Source: Ascidiella aspersa (taxonomy: Eukaryota). From it: a stretch of 64,000 nt of DNA. This document shows, one piece after another, positions 12,215 to 24,611 of this stretch (within the stretch, counting starts at the first letter, position 1; each line of letters opens with the position of its first letter). A program made the translations under genes and the position numbers. Where the stretch lies: contig OZ004613.1 of assembly GCA_963924565.1 (NCBI GenBank), positions 13,206,001 through 13,270,000 of the forward strand. Direction: 5' to 3'. The notes beneath the pieces are model-generated. The model was not told where the DNA came from, did not search any database, and was given only the letters and a program-made list of their open reading frames with translations.

Positions 12215-15200
12215 CTAAAGTTGGGTAGCAGTTTTGACAACGTCGTCAGCTTGAAAGGTTGGGTTTGTGTATGCCATTTCGTTTACAGTGTCCTCCGACC
12301 CAAGTTCGCTCCCTTCTTTTGATAAACTGCAGAAGCGTATTTAGTTAAAGCGCTTAAACAAACGAACGAACTATCACTATTTTTAAGAACTATTTTAAAC
12401 GAACTATCAGAAGTAATATTTTTAGTATCACTCTATACTTTGGTCACTGCAAAAACATGACTATCGAATATGATTTACATGTAATCGTTTCAGTAAAAAT
12501 ACTGTTGAATACATAGGACGGCTTACCCGTCAAGGTCTTGACCCTTGTAGAACAGCTCTGCTTCGTCCAATGTGGTGAACATCCTCACTCCAAGGGTTTC
12601 CGGAAGGGCGAAGGCCGCGAGCCCAGACACCAAAGCCAACACACCGAATATTGTCTGTATTTCAATACAATTTTCCTTCTTTGTGAAGGTTTTATATATT
12701 TACAGACTTTTTCACTGAACACTCTTGATTGAATCATATTCAAGCCCATCTACAGCACCACATTAAGACAATGTACACATACGCCTGCAACAACTGTAAC
12801 CTATCTTTTCTGAAGTCGCTTTGTGACCAGCGTTGACGGCTTACGTTTCAAAGTAGAATGAAAGTGTCAGATAGCAGTTATCGCTGGTTAAAACGCCACT
12901 TCATAAGAGGTATAGATCACGATTGTTGTATAGCCGCATCATAAAACCAACAACTTAATGCTTAAAAAAAACTTAATAAATTATCGAAAATGGTTATGCC
13001 GAGTGCCATATGCTAACTACATTTCATGGAGTTAAAATCTATTCCTGTTACTGAACTTACCCCAGTGAGCCACGGCACGATGTACTGCAATTGTATTGTG
13101 TATGGAGTTATGATGCTGCCCACCCTAGCTGCCATTGATCCAACTCCCACGGCCGTACTTCTGTTTAAAAAGGTAAGAAGAATAAAATCTATTTTTTCGG
13201 CAAAATATGAGGATAATTTTGTGCAACAACACTAAAAATGACATTATGCCTTGTACTTAACACTTACCTCACAACAGTAGGATAGAGCTCCGCTGTATAA
13301 TTGTACACAACGGCGAAGGCTCCTGCCACCGCACTCTTGCCGATAAGAGCGAAAGCAGTTGCAGCGTTTACCATATCTAAAAACGGTGTAATAACCGTGA
13401 CTTTGAAAACAAATGCTGTTTACAATCATGCACCTAAATGCTTTATACAAATACAAACATTTAACAAGTATAAAACCCTCACGGCTTCCAAGGATAGGAT
13501 ATTTGTTACAACATTCCCCCAATGATTAGATTACAAGTGTTGAATGTAAGGTTTTGAAAACCAGTTGATTTTCGATGAAATATATCTGTATTTCTAGGCC
13601 TAACGTGATTCAAGGTATCGGGTTTTTTTTGTGTGTTTTTGATTAATAACTATTGGTTTACATTTTACGCTACACTATTTGAGGCATGGGGAATTTCTGC
13701 TAAAGCCGAAGGTCCCAACTTATTAAATCCACGTTGACCCCTGGAATCAGTCCACCTGAAATCATTGTGTTTATAGGATTACCAGCAGAGAGATAAAGCA
13801 AAAATACACCCGATTGTAAGGACACTCGGAAAGCTATTGTGCGCCAGTACCTTGGTTGCCTTCGGCGAACTGGTTCAAGACCGTGGAGATTAGGCATCCA
13901 ACTCCTCCGACCAGGAGGCAGGAAGCAAGAAGGATCCTTCTTCCAATGCGGTCCATTGTGAGGATGACGACGGCAAAGGCGAAGAACTCGACCAGGCCGT
14001 TCAACGTGTTGTTGACAAAATCGTCTCCTGAAAGCGGAAAAGTGAATGAATGAAGTAAAACCTTGTGCTGTATTGAATTGAGAGACCTATTGTTTTGAGT
14101 TAAGAGGTTAAAAGATAAACGAGTCTTGGCTTGACCACAATCTAGGTTAAATGCTACGTCTGCCGTAAATTATTTTGGTTGTCATACATAGGCCTAAGTA
14201 ACATAATAGTCATTCAATTGGTTGGATGAAAGTTTAACTCAATTGCCATTCTAAACATCAAAGAAAAAATAATACAGTGAAACAAAATTTGAGTAGGTTT
14301 ATAACAACTTTTTTATGCTTACCTGCCAGAGCACCGGCGTTAAGTGAAAGCCCATAGTAGACTAGTGAACATACGAACCAATTGAACATAACATTTAGAG
14401 TTATAAGGCGCATTCTGGGTCTTTTCAACAGGACGAATGGTGATGGATTGGTCTTTACCTCGCTTTTCTGAAAAGAAATTAAACCTAACAAACAGTGATT
14501 TTAAAGTCATTCAACAAACTAGTGAGCGAGATAAATTATACAATTTTCGTAAGACGTGTAATGTCTCTATTTATTTATTTATTTACCTTCATAGCTTCCC
14601 CGGCTTTTTCAGCCTCTTCCCAAACCTCGGGTGTCAATAAGTTTCCGTTTCTCCTGGCCATCGTCTCCGATACCTCTTTAGCTTTTGCGACTTTTCCTTT
14701 CGTAAATAACCACCTGAATTGTATACGGATGTTGGTATGTAGAACCTTTTTAAACAGTCCATTCTTGTATCTTTATGAATTGCAATCAATCAACATTAGC
14801 TAGATAAATAAATTCCAACTTTGGAAATAAAAACAAGTGATTTTACGCAGATACACAACATTACCTATCAGGCAGCAATAAATATATACAAATACTATAA
14901 TAGTGAAACCACATGCGCAACATTCTAAAACCACATGCGCAACATCTACTCCAGTTTAGGTAAGTTAGGTCATATTCGTTGAAGGGTTCATTCGTATTCC
15001 TATTGATGCCCCACTCCAGTTTACCTCGGCGATTCGGGCAGAAAGAACCAAAAGAGTAGAAACGGGGCAGATACGAAGCTGATGGCAAACTGGAGGTCCC
15101 GCCAGTCTCGAAGCCAGTAGGCAAACCCGGAAAGGGCCATGTACCCCACAGCAAACACAGCCTGGATGTTAATGCCAATGAAGGTCCTCCATTTTTTGCC

Positions 15201-18200
15201 GGTGATCTCCATTACTGCCAATACACGTTTGTTTTTAATTGTTTTATGCGAACTTTCATCGATAAATTATGTCAGATCGGTCGAATTGCACTGATAGCTG
15301 ATGCCAATAGTACACCGAAAGCCATCGCAGACTAACCGAATCTGTCGATCAAAGATATAAGCAAGGCACCAGGCTACCAAAACACTAGCTTGTAGTGAAA
15401 TTCGAAATGGTCGCTCTACCAGCTTTTTAGCTACGTCAAGCGACGGTACCGGTACGGCAGGATGCCTGAGTTGAAACCTCACTGCAGGCTAGTTGTTTTT
15501 CTAGCCAGCTTGCATCATGATCCACAGATTCGGTTAGTCTGCGATGGCTTTCGGTGTACTATTGATAAGTACGCTGTAATCGTTGGTCCAAAAGCGGTTT
15601 CAGAAGGGCTCAGTTGTTGAAACACATTATTATGTATGTGTATCTTTCTTTACCTGATGCCAAATGATAACATCTTGTCCTGTAGTCGGCTGGTATCGGT
15701 GCCGATCCAATCCAACATAAATTAGTGCACTACAGCTATTTTTGCGATCCACCAAAGAGTATTCCACTTTAAAAGGTAAATTTCCCAAAAGTATTGCATT
15801 AAAAGTCGAAATATATGCTTAACAAAAGTCAAATTTCGGCCAGATATGCCGCAAATGTTCACCATTCCACTTATAAAATTGATCACATTTGAGTATTTGA
15901 CTATATTGATATAATCATTTCTTTTGGATCGCACCGCGGAAATTTTGGTCAAATAACGGGTATCGCTATCAGAGTATAATTCCATATCAGACTTCTATAT
16001 TGATACTTGGGCGCCGATTGTATACATCGCGCGACGTGACAATTGTAAACACGATAACGACGCGTTCAGACGCCGAACAAACATAACGATTCACGCGGTT
16101 TGGGCGCTAAACGTGGTTCGGCGATGTCCACGTGAAAACTGCGTGATTGGAATAACCATTTGAATGGAAAATGGAAGAGAGGGCGACGTAACGCGAAATC
16201 ACACCCGACCAAGTTTGCTTAAGTATAGGTCAAGCTTTATAGGAACACCAGCAAAGTCCTTGCTGTGGGTCACTCGGTGCTTGTTTTGCAACGTTAGTGT
16301 TAAATAGGTTTTGTTGCAAACAAAGCTGCGTGACTGGAGCCCTATTCGGTAAGAAAGGGTTGTATACCCATTACGACCATAATCCCTTTGGTTTGGGTTT
16401 GAAGACCACTAAGAAATTTTGAGACCGCAAATATTTCATTAGAGTTTACTGACTAGTATTTCGCAGCACTGTACTGCATAGGCCATGGGTCGGCAACCCC
16501 TGGCACGCATGCCAAAAGTTGCACGCGAGATGATTTTTCAGGGCACGCCAAATGATTTAAAGCGCACGTTATATCACCTTAAGAAAGGGCAACGATTACA
16601 TCACTATCACATCATTAACATTACATCACTAACACTAGCGCTAACTAAATGATTGCACAAATTTCCAATTCGTGTCACAAAATAGTCTCTAAAGTGTACA
16701 ATTTTTGTTGGCGTTAAACTTGTTGTATACGACTAATCAGATCACAGCAGGGCTGCGGAGTCGGACTCGGGTAAGACTAGGTAAAACTACCGAGTCCGAC
16801 GTATGAGCATGCGCAGCACCAAATTTCGAAACTGAAAAGGTAGCAAACTGGAAATTGTTAAGGTGGAATAGCATATGTTGAATATTTTTCATTGCCCCAT
16901 GAGCGGATCGCTGAATACCTTATTTTAGATACGAAAATGGGTGAAATACAGGTTTGTAGAGTTTGAGACTCGGGACTCGATGAAATTGCACATTTGGCCG
17001 GAGTCGGACACTGGTTGTTTTTAACCGACTCCGGAACTTGATAGTGCAAAACAAAACATAGAAAAATGTTTGGCACGCGTGTTGTTGATATTACTTTACA
17101 TTATTAATAAACTGACACACTGCATATGAAAGGTTGCCAACCCCTGGTATAGGCTATATTTTAAAACCATTGCAGAAATTTAAAAAAAACGTTTTGGTCA
17201 CAAAAATTAGCTTATACCACACTGGAATGTATATTTATTTCTGCCTAATGTCGTTTCGCGATGACGGGTTTTTCATGCTTTGATCTCTGGTAGGTCTTTA
17301 TTTGTGTTGCTTATAGGTTACGTTGCTGGGGGTGTCTCGGCAACAGGCACCACCCTTTTTTATAAATAGACTAATTCGGGTTTGCCTTTCGAGGGTCAAA
17401 TGTACAACAAGCACGCAACCTAAATTTGAAGTGGTTTGCCGTCTCAGCCCTGCCTGTTTCAGTCTATACAGGTGAGGCGCTGTTCAAATCAAAGCGCTGA
17501 ATACAATAAATAAAGCCGCATGACGAGCAAACACCAGTATTTAATTCTTTAATCAAATTTATTCACACGTTATGTTCAGCAGAGCAGTGGAAATTAATCG
17601 TCGAGACTATTTGCTCACTGACAAGTGGGGAGTGCGCTGGCACAACATTTGTGTTAAATTTCTATATGTCGTTTGACGTCATTCATACAAACCGAAAATG
17701 TCCAAATTAAACGGCGCTCTAAATAGTTTTGCCTTCCCAGCATTCAGTAAACCTTCTACCAATTTTGTCATCTTATATATTTGACCACAAATTTGTAAAT
17801 CAACTATACTGCCGAAGTGGTTGTAAAATATAATATTGTACTTTTTTTCTGTAGTATATTTTAGTGGTATGGCCTCTCTTTAATCGGAATGCGTGCTAAG
17901 TTTCCAAAACTTCTTATGAACACATTTCGTTTGCAATGTTGCACTGTAGCTCGTTGTTATGGTAAGACAGAGTAGTAGGAAAATAGATACGCACCCCCTG
18001 AAATTTTTGTCTAGTGGCTAAAATATTATGGATTTGATAAAATTGACAAAAAATTTGCACCTAAATTCGCATATCGAAACCAAATTTACACGCGTGTCTT
18101 CATATTCGTTCATTAAGATGATTCTAAAACTGAAGTTCGCAAACCATCAGGAATTCATGGAAACGATTTTCTTTACTGCTTTACCCCCCTTTTTCCTACT

Positions 18201-21200
18201 AGTAAGCAATACTAACGAACCATCAAGGGCATATTATTTGCTACTTGAAATAAAATAATTTAAGAAGAAGAAGAAGAATATTTGCTATTCTGGTGCTTAA
18301 TGTCGTTCAACCTTCGGTAACTTTTCATTATTCATCGGAATATTTGTTTTGCTTTTTGTTAGTCAATATAATATGAAATAAGTTTATTTGGTGCAGGTTT
18401 AGTTCGCTTTGAAATAACTCGGGAGTACTTCACAGGATTAAGGTTCCCTGGTTTATTGTACCTTACATTCAAGAGAACGAAGCGTGTTACAGGCACAGCT
18501 AGCTTGCATAATAATTTTAAAGTTTACCTTTTAAATGGAGGTCAACAGTTTTGTTGACCAATAACGTCGCGCATGTCACAATCAATATGTTTGTGCAGTT
18601 CATCGCGAGCCAGCTAAAGAGTTCTTATAGGTAAAGGGACCACTGCATGCATTTTAAACAACGAACAAACAAAAGCTTACTGCGCACCGTCGCGTGTAAA
18701 CATGAAAAACGTTGCTTCAAGTCAACATGTTGATTGTCTCGAAACTACTTGATATGAAAACTGGTTGGTAAACAGAATTGTTCAACCACAGTCCTACATC
18801 AACATATTGTTGAAAGATTCAACGTATTAAAATGTTATCAAACTGAATTGTAATAAAAAATAAAATGAATTTCCGATATTATTGTTGTGAGCAAAATTAC
18901 ATGCTTTGTATGAAAATACTCAATGTCACATTGTTACGTTCAATGTTTGCCATGAAACAATAATTGTTAATTTAAATAGCCTAAAGCATTTCACCAAAAA
19001 GGTTTTTACAGGTTTATTAACTGGGTTAACGCATCGACAGTAACTAATTTTGATTAACCAGGTTGACATTCATACTTAAACCTAAATGTTTTTATAACGA
19101 GGTCGGATGTAGCGATCTCTCATGCTTCGTATTTAATGTTTTTAAAACATACGTATTGGCTTTAATAACATACCATATACGAAGCAAGCGATATAGCCAG
19201 CTTGTAGGAAAAGAGCAATGCAAAACCGAAGAGCAGCGAATCCAACAAGGTTTGGCGCGAAAGAACACCCGATACCGAAACCAATCATCCCGATTTGACT
19301 CAGTAGCATGGTGGGACATCTTCCAATGCTAAAACACGGCGAATGTTATATTTATAGATTATTATACCTAAAAATACATTGCATATATTCATTTTGGGTA
19401 AAGTGTCATTGGCTTTGTAAAATATCGGATGATAAAGATAATAACAGTTTTAATTCTTACATATTCTATGACAGCACTTTTATTAATAAAAACTAATGGT
19501 TGCTGTATTCAGATGCGTTTCTACGACCTACAAATGTGCGCAGTAATGATATATTATTCAACTAAAGTTCATGAAAGTTGATAATAGGTGGTTATCTGGT
19601 TCCGGTTTTTGTCAATTCTTTTTTTATTTTGTAATTAAAAAACGGACCCCTTAAAGGCGCACTCACATGTCTGCAACGTTGCCTCCAATCACGGAACTGA
19701 AGAGAATTCCGCAGAAGTATATCGCCGTAACAGTCGTTCCGATGATCAGGTCGTCGCACACTAAATTCCACTGCAATACAGAATGATAAAATAGATAACT
19801 TTTTTGCGCAATGCTCTTATAGATATAGTTATAATTAAGAATAATGGATAATGTGTTCATTCAAAAGCGACTAAAGACAGAAGAAAATCAATAAGTCAGT
19901 AGTCACCTCGCTGGTTACAGTGTTGGTGTATACGCTAGTATCAAACCAAAATCCTTTGTCGCACTTGATCGAAACCACTTCCGGGCTTGTTGGAGGGTAA
20001 GGCGCAATACAGTCTAGCGAACCTCCCGTGCAGTCTGTTAGGGTGTAGTTGTACCTGCGGCACTGATCGTAGTCCTGCAAATCAATGGAAAACGTGTTAA
20101 GCGGTAGAATTTTCTACTAAAGATTCATTAACATGCAGATTAACAGCAATCTCAGTCATACAAATTAATCAATTTTATGCTACAAGAAGAACAACATCGT
20201 TTATCATCTCGGTGGAATTATTGACTTTCGAATTGTTTTGTTAAAGCCGGTTTAGCCTCATAGTATTGATATTGACATGCGATCCATTTTAAACAGTACA
20301 CGATTTGGACACTATTAAATCTTCGAAAATCGAAATAGGCCATAATTTTTTTTTTAACTGTTTTAATATACAGTTGGTCGATGTCTTGATAAAGTGTTTG
20401 ATGTTTTCCCATGCCATGATGGACGTTAAATAAATCTTAAATTAGGACGACCCTTCCAAGACTACGTTCATATCGCGCCATGCACGCCAAGACACCGCGA
20501 AGTGCTACGTATCGTGTCACGTTTCCGTTCGCCAAAAAAGTGTAACCTCGGTAACGCTGGAGATTGGCAAAGTGAGATTCCGCAAGTCTTCCTCGTCCAG
20601 ATCGGGATACAGGGTCTTGTTATCTAAAGGAGGCAGGGCACACCTGGAAGTGGTCACATTTTTAGAGGGCGCGAATCACTTGTTGTCGACGGCAAAAGCA
20701 CGAGAAATTCAACCCTTGCACATTAGGTCGTTTGCCAGATGTATCGCCCATGCAAAATCTATCGCATCATTGCTGACCACAAAATCGATTTCCGCGAAGC
20801 TTGGGTCAAGTTTGTAAACCAAACTATCCTACTTTGTTTATAGAGGGTTCTTTGTATTTCAGTAGCTGTTCTCCTATCTTTATGCGAATGTTTAACATGC
20901 GTTGTCGACAAACAACGCATAAACAATTATTTGTTTCGTTGACTACCTATGTTATTTATCAAGTTTTCCTAATTTGACAACGTTTATTTTTCTCGACCAG
21001 CTTCCACTTCGAAGCTCAGTTGGTAGATCGACGGTCCCTCCGACTGGAGATCGTGAGTTTCGAACCTCCCCGCAGGCGAGTTGTTTTTTCTAGTCTGGCC
21101 TTGCTTGCACGGAAATCTTGATCTGGCCGACTAATTTCAATAAGCCTTTTTATAATAATGCATAATTTGTACAGTTATGATTTTTTACTCTTTTAATGTT

Positions 21201-21920
21201 TGATGAGTAAAGTTTTACACCTGCGTTTCTATGGCTGCCTTCTAAAATGTGTAGGAAAATGGAAAATTTTAAACCTAACATCCTTAATTGACATTTTACA
21301 CCCATATCATTAACATCAATAAACTTAGCTAAAAGCAAACATTGTTTTGCTTATTTAAAGCTGAAATTGAAATTACCTAGGACAAAACGTTTTGGTTTAC
21401 GATCTGAGAAGATGAAAGTCTGTTATACAAAAGTGATCGAAGATACCACCTTTAAATCAAGTTTATTTCAAATTTCCAGTAAAATGATTTATCCCAATTT
21501 CTAAGGCTAAACGGAATCTTTCTACCACAAATTTGAGCCATATAAATTCGAGTTGTTTCAATGTAATAATTGGAGTACAACCAAAAACCAATTTTCATCA
21601 ATTTAAGTTAACACAATACAAGACAACGGACAGTATGATAGGGCAATAACCTTTTATAAGCGTTGGTTAAATTTGAACGTTAACCACTTGTTTGTTTTAG
21701 CCTACCTGTGGTCGGGGATAGGCGCCAGAAACACCGATGCCACCTGCGTCATTCCGCTCGGGATTGTGACCCAGTAGGCCAGGGCGACCAGCAATATCTG
21801 GTACTTGCCCAAGTCTCCAATCTTCTTCAAGACAACGCTGAAGTCGATGGCGTATCCTGGACTTTCGGCGTCGCCGCCTCCCGGCGGTTTTGATGCTGTT
21901 TCGACGTCGGCGTTCGGCAT
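12215..21920 (-). CDS. SLC22-family organic cation/anion transporter (MFS), 13 coding exons, ~608 aa
   Basis: Exons 21920-21706, 20643-20547, 20074-19907, 19770-19667, 19328-19174, 15214-15025, 14713-14587, 14467-14323, 14027-13851, 13376-13268, 13160-13061, 12654-12527, 12326-12215 (1827 nt, in phase). Motifs: GDLGKYQ, DHRC, TVTSEWNLVC, PESPRWL, YYGLS, DRIGRR, AELYPTVVR, LPET. Confidence 0.95.
15310..15559. mobile_element. MITE with ~42-bp TIRs and a probable TA target duplication; internally two inverted tRNA-like arms
   Basis: TIR GTACACCGAAAGCCATCGCAGACTAACCGAATCTGT(C/G)GATCA with one mismatch; TA on both sides; reconstructed empty site CAATATTG is palindromic. Confidence 0.85.
16484..17146. 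mobile_element. hAT MITE with a nested CAGGGCTGCGGAGTCGG-type element (16748-~17040)
   Basis: Ends CATGGGTCGGCAACC / GGTTGCCAACCCCTG; TSD GCATAGGC/GTATAGGC. The nested element has an inverted homologue at 45183-45573. Confidence 0.8.
20992..21125 (+). repeat. tRNA-derived (Pol III A/B box) repeat, truncated relative of the 15310-15559 element
   Basis: A-box AGCTCAGTTGGTAGA, B-box-like GAGTTTCGAACC, then T6; no acceptor stem; alignable to both arms of the 15310 MITE. Confidence 0.65.
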
Positions 21921-24384
21921 GTTAATGCAATTATCAGCAGCCTAGTGAATTATTTTAACTATAAAACGACGGTACCTGATGACTAACGACGGTATCTGAA
22001 AGTGTTCAGACATCTTGTTATAGGATTCGAAAAAACAAATAAGTTGCACGACGTACAATAAATTTTCTTAGATACTTTTATTCGGATTCACAACAAAACA
22101 AAAAAGATCTGCACAATTTTAAATTTTTCGTACTGCACAGGTTTAGATTTTTTAAGTCTTTGACATTTCGACTGTATTTTTTACTCATTATAATATTGAA
22201 CTTTTAAACCGTTGATTTATAGTTTCCTGACGATCAATTGCTACCATATAACTGTGCTTCTCGTGTAAGGCTGATCTTATTGCCTTTACAAACGCGTCTA
22301 ATTAGCTTTCGGTGCAAGTGTTAATTTCCACTTACCGGTGTCGGGTAATGCACTTCTTAGCGCGACAATGTTAAAAGCGCAGTGTACCCGTTATGTCAGT
22401 AACTAGAATCCATTCATAACGTAGTGTTGACGCAAGTAACGCTGCATAATCGCTGTGTGTGCTTTTGCGGCTTCATGTACAAACATTGGCACACCTTGCG
22501 TCATACCCGAAGAGAATGGAAAATTCCATGCATGCGCCAAAAGTCGACAGACATAACGCAGTTGCGGTCGTTCTTTTATAATTTTCCGTGGATTACAAAA
22601 GTAACCTAACCCAGTTACTGATTCAGGTTGGTACCTGTCTATAGGACTCCGATTTCAAACTTTGCCATGCTAAACAACAATTGAAATAACTTTTCAATGT
22701 AATTGAAAATATTGTTTTGTAACATATTACATTTTCACGCTTTTACTAGGAAAATGGTTATAGGCACGATTAAACTATAAGCTTTTTCGATACCGTACTA
22801 GTATAAACATTTGTTGCCGTATCATGGCAGCTTTCTTCCTGTTTATTCCTAATGGACCCACAAAATTTTAGTCGAAGTTGTCGTATTGAATACCGAAAAA
22901 ATAACAAAAAAACATATTGAACGCTTTGCATATGTAGGCTGCTTACTTTCATGCAACTATACTCTGGTTGATTAACAATTAATGGGCAAAAAAGATTTGG
23001 TATTGAATTAAGGGTCAATATTTCCCAGTTTGGTAGGTTAAGGCTTCAATTTTTTGTATTCCATTCTGGCGCTTTAAAACCCCCCCAAAAAAATTGTGTC
23101 TTTGTGTTGTGTTATGCGAAATCTTTGCAGCGGCATCTAACTATTGGTGTACCATTAACACATGCCAAATGGCTAAACGCAAGCATAATTTTTACCAGCT
23201 CGGCTGTCTGAAACATATAGCTGAAACTTACATCGTAATTTTTTTTTTTTTTTTGCGGTCGATCAGATCACATTTAAACATAACAATATTTATAGGCCTA
23301 GCTAAGGCACAAATCCTGCGACAATCATAAATTTCTAAATAATACTAATCTTTTATTTTATTTGCTTTTTTTGAGTTTTGATGTTACTAAAAAGCCAAAA
23401 AAATAACGAAAAGTTTTTGTGTTTGTATATGCGCAACTTTCCTATGCTGAAAGCAAATTAACACCTTGATCTCATTTACAGAAACAAGTGGTTTTATTAG
23501 GTTTGTGGTTCCGAACCATTGATTCAGCACAACCACATAAGGGTATAATACTAAAACATGAGATTAAAATGAAAATTTTAACCAATTAAACACATTTTTC
23601 GGAGGTTGATGTATATGTTTTGGAATCCTTTACCAAGTTAGTTATAAACATGCATAATGTTTAACGTTATCTTGATAATAAAATTTGATTAAGTCGCAGT
23701 CGCACACAGCAAGTTATCTGCGTTGCGTGGTTGTTTCCACTGTGTTTGTTTTAAACATCATCATCTCGTACAAAACGAAATTAAGTTTTTGACTTCAAGC
23801 CCTCATACAATATAAACATTCATAAACTCTTAGCAGAAGGTGTTTGTTTCAGGAAACCTATAGTCCTTGGTGTTTTCTCCTAGCCAATAACACATCCCAC
23901 AGTACTTACAAATATAATGTTTTTCTCATGTCAGTCAGGATTGCAATCGTCAATACGAAAAAATTCTACAGAAACGCAGAACATTTAGGCCTATATATTA
24001 ATATCCTGGTTATTTAGACAAGGCTTCACGTCGCCGATGAACAACGGTTAAGATGTAAAGCTTTTCTGGTTCCCGCAGCTCTCAAAAAAGAAATATTAAA
24101 GCACCGCAAAGTTTTTAACCGGTTTTAGTATCAAAATTGTTTCTGTTAAACAGAAATCTAAACAACTTGTTGTTGTATCACTATAGGTCTTTTTTTTCAC
24201 AAATTTACAATTTTTAAATCTTTTTCTAATTTTGTAATATTAAAAGAGGGAAGAAAGGATATGTTTTTATTGGAAATTATTATTACTAAATAAGGTAATT
24301 ATTAATCCAGGTGATTTGCCTAACTTGAACCTTTAGAATTGTCGTAATTGTTTATAAATGGTCATCAAACTTTTGCTCTTATTT

Positions 24385-24611
24385 CAGGGGTTCTTAAACT
24401 GGGGTAGGCTACATGGGCCCCTTGGGGGTCCTTGAACTAGTTTTAGGGGTTCCATGAAGGTCTAATTGAAATATTAGTGTTTATTTAAGAAGATACCAAT
24501 TTATTAAAGAAATCAATTTAATTAAAAATACTTTTTTTTGCCTACAGTGGTCCACACGAGATGAAAGAAAATTTTAGGGGTTCCGCGGTAAAAAAAGTTT
24601 AAGAACCCCTG
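24385..24611. mobile_element. hAT MITE, internally deleted copy of the 3413-3755 family
   Basis: Same TIR CAGGGGTTCTTAAAC and homologous subterminal sequence; decayed TSD TCTTATTT/TCTTGTGT. Confidence 0.85.

Noticed and set aside
21005-21080. Functional tRNA gene
   Set aside because: A/B boxes are present but there is no acceptor stem or clean anticodon arm; it is homologous to a dispersed repeat.
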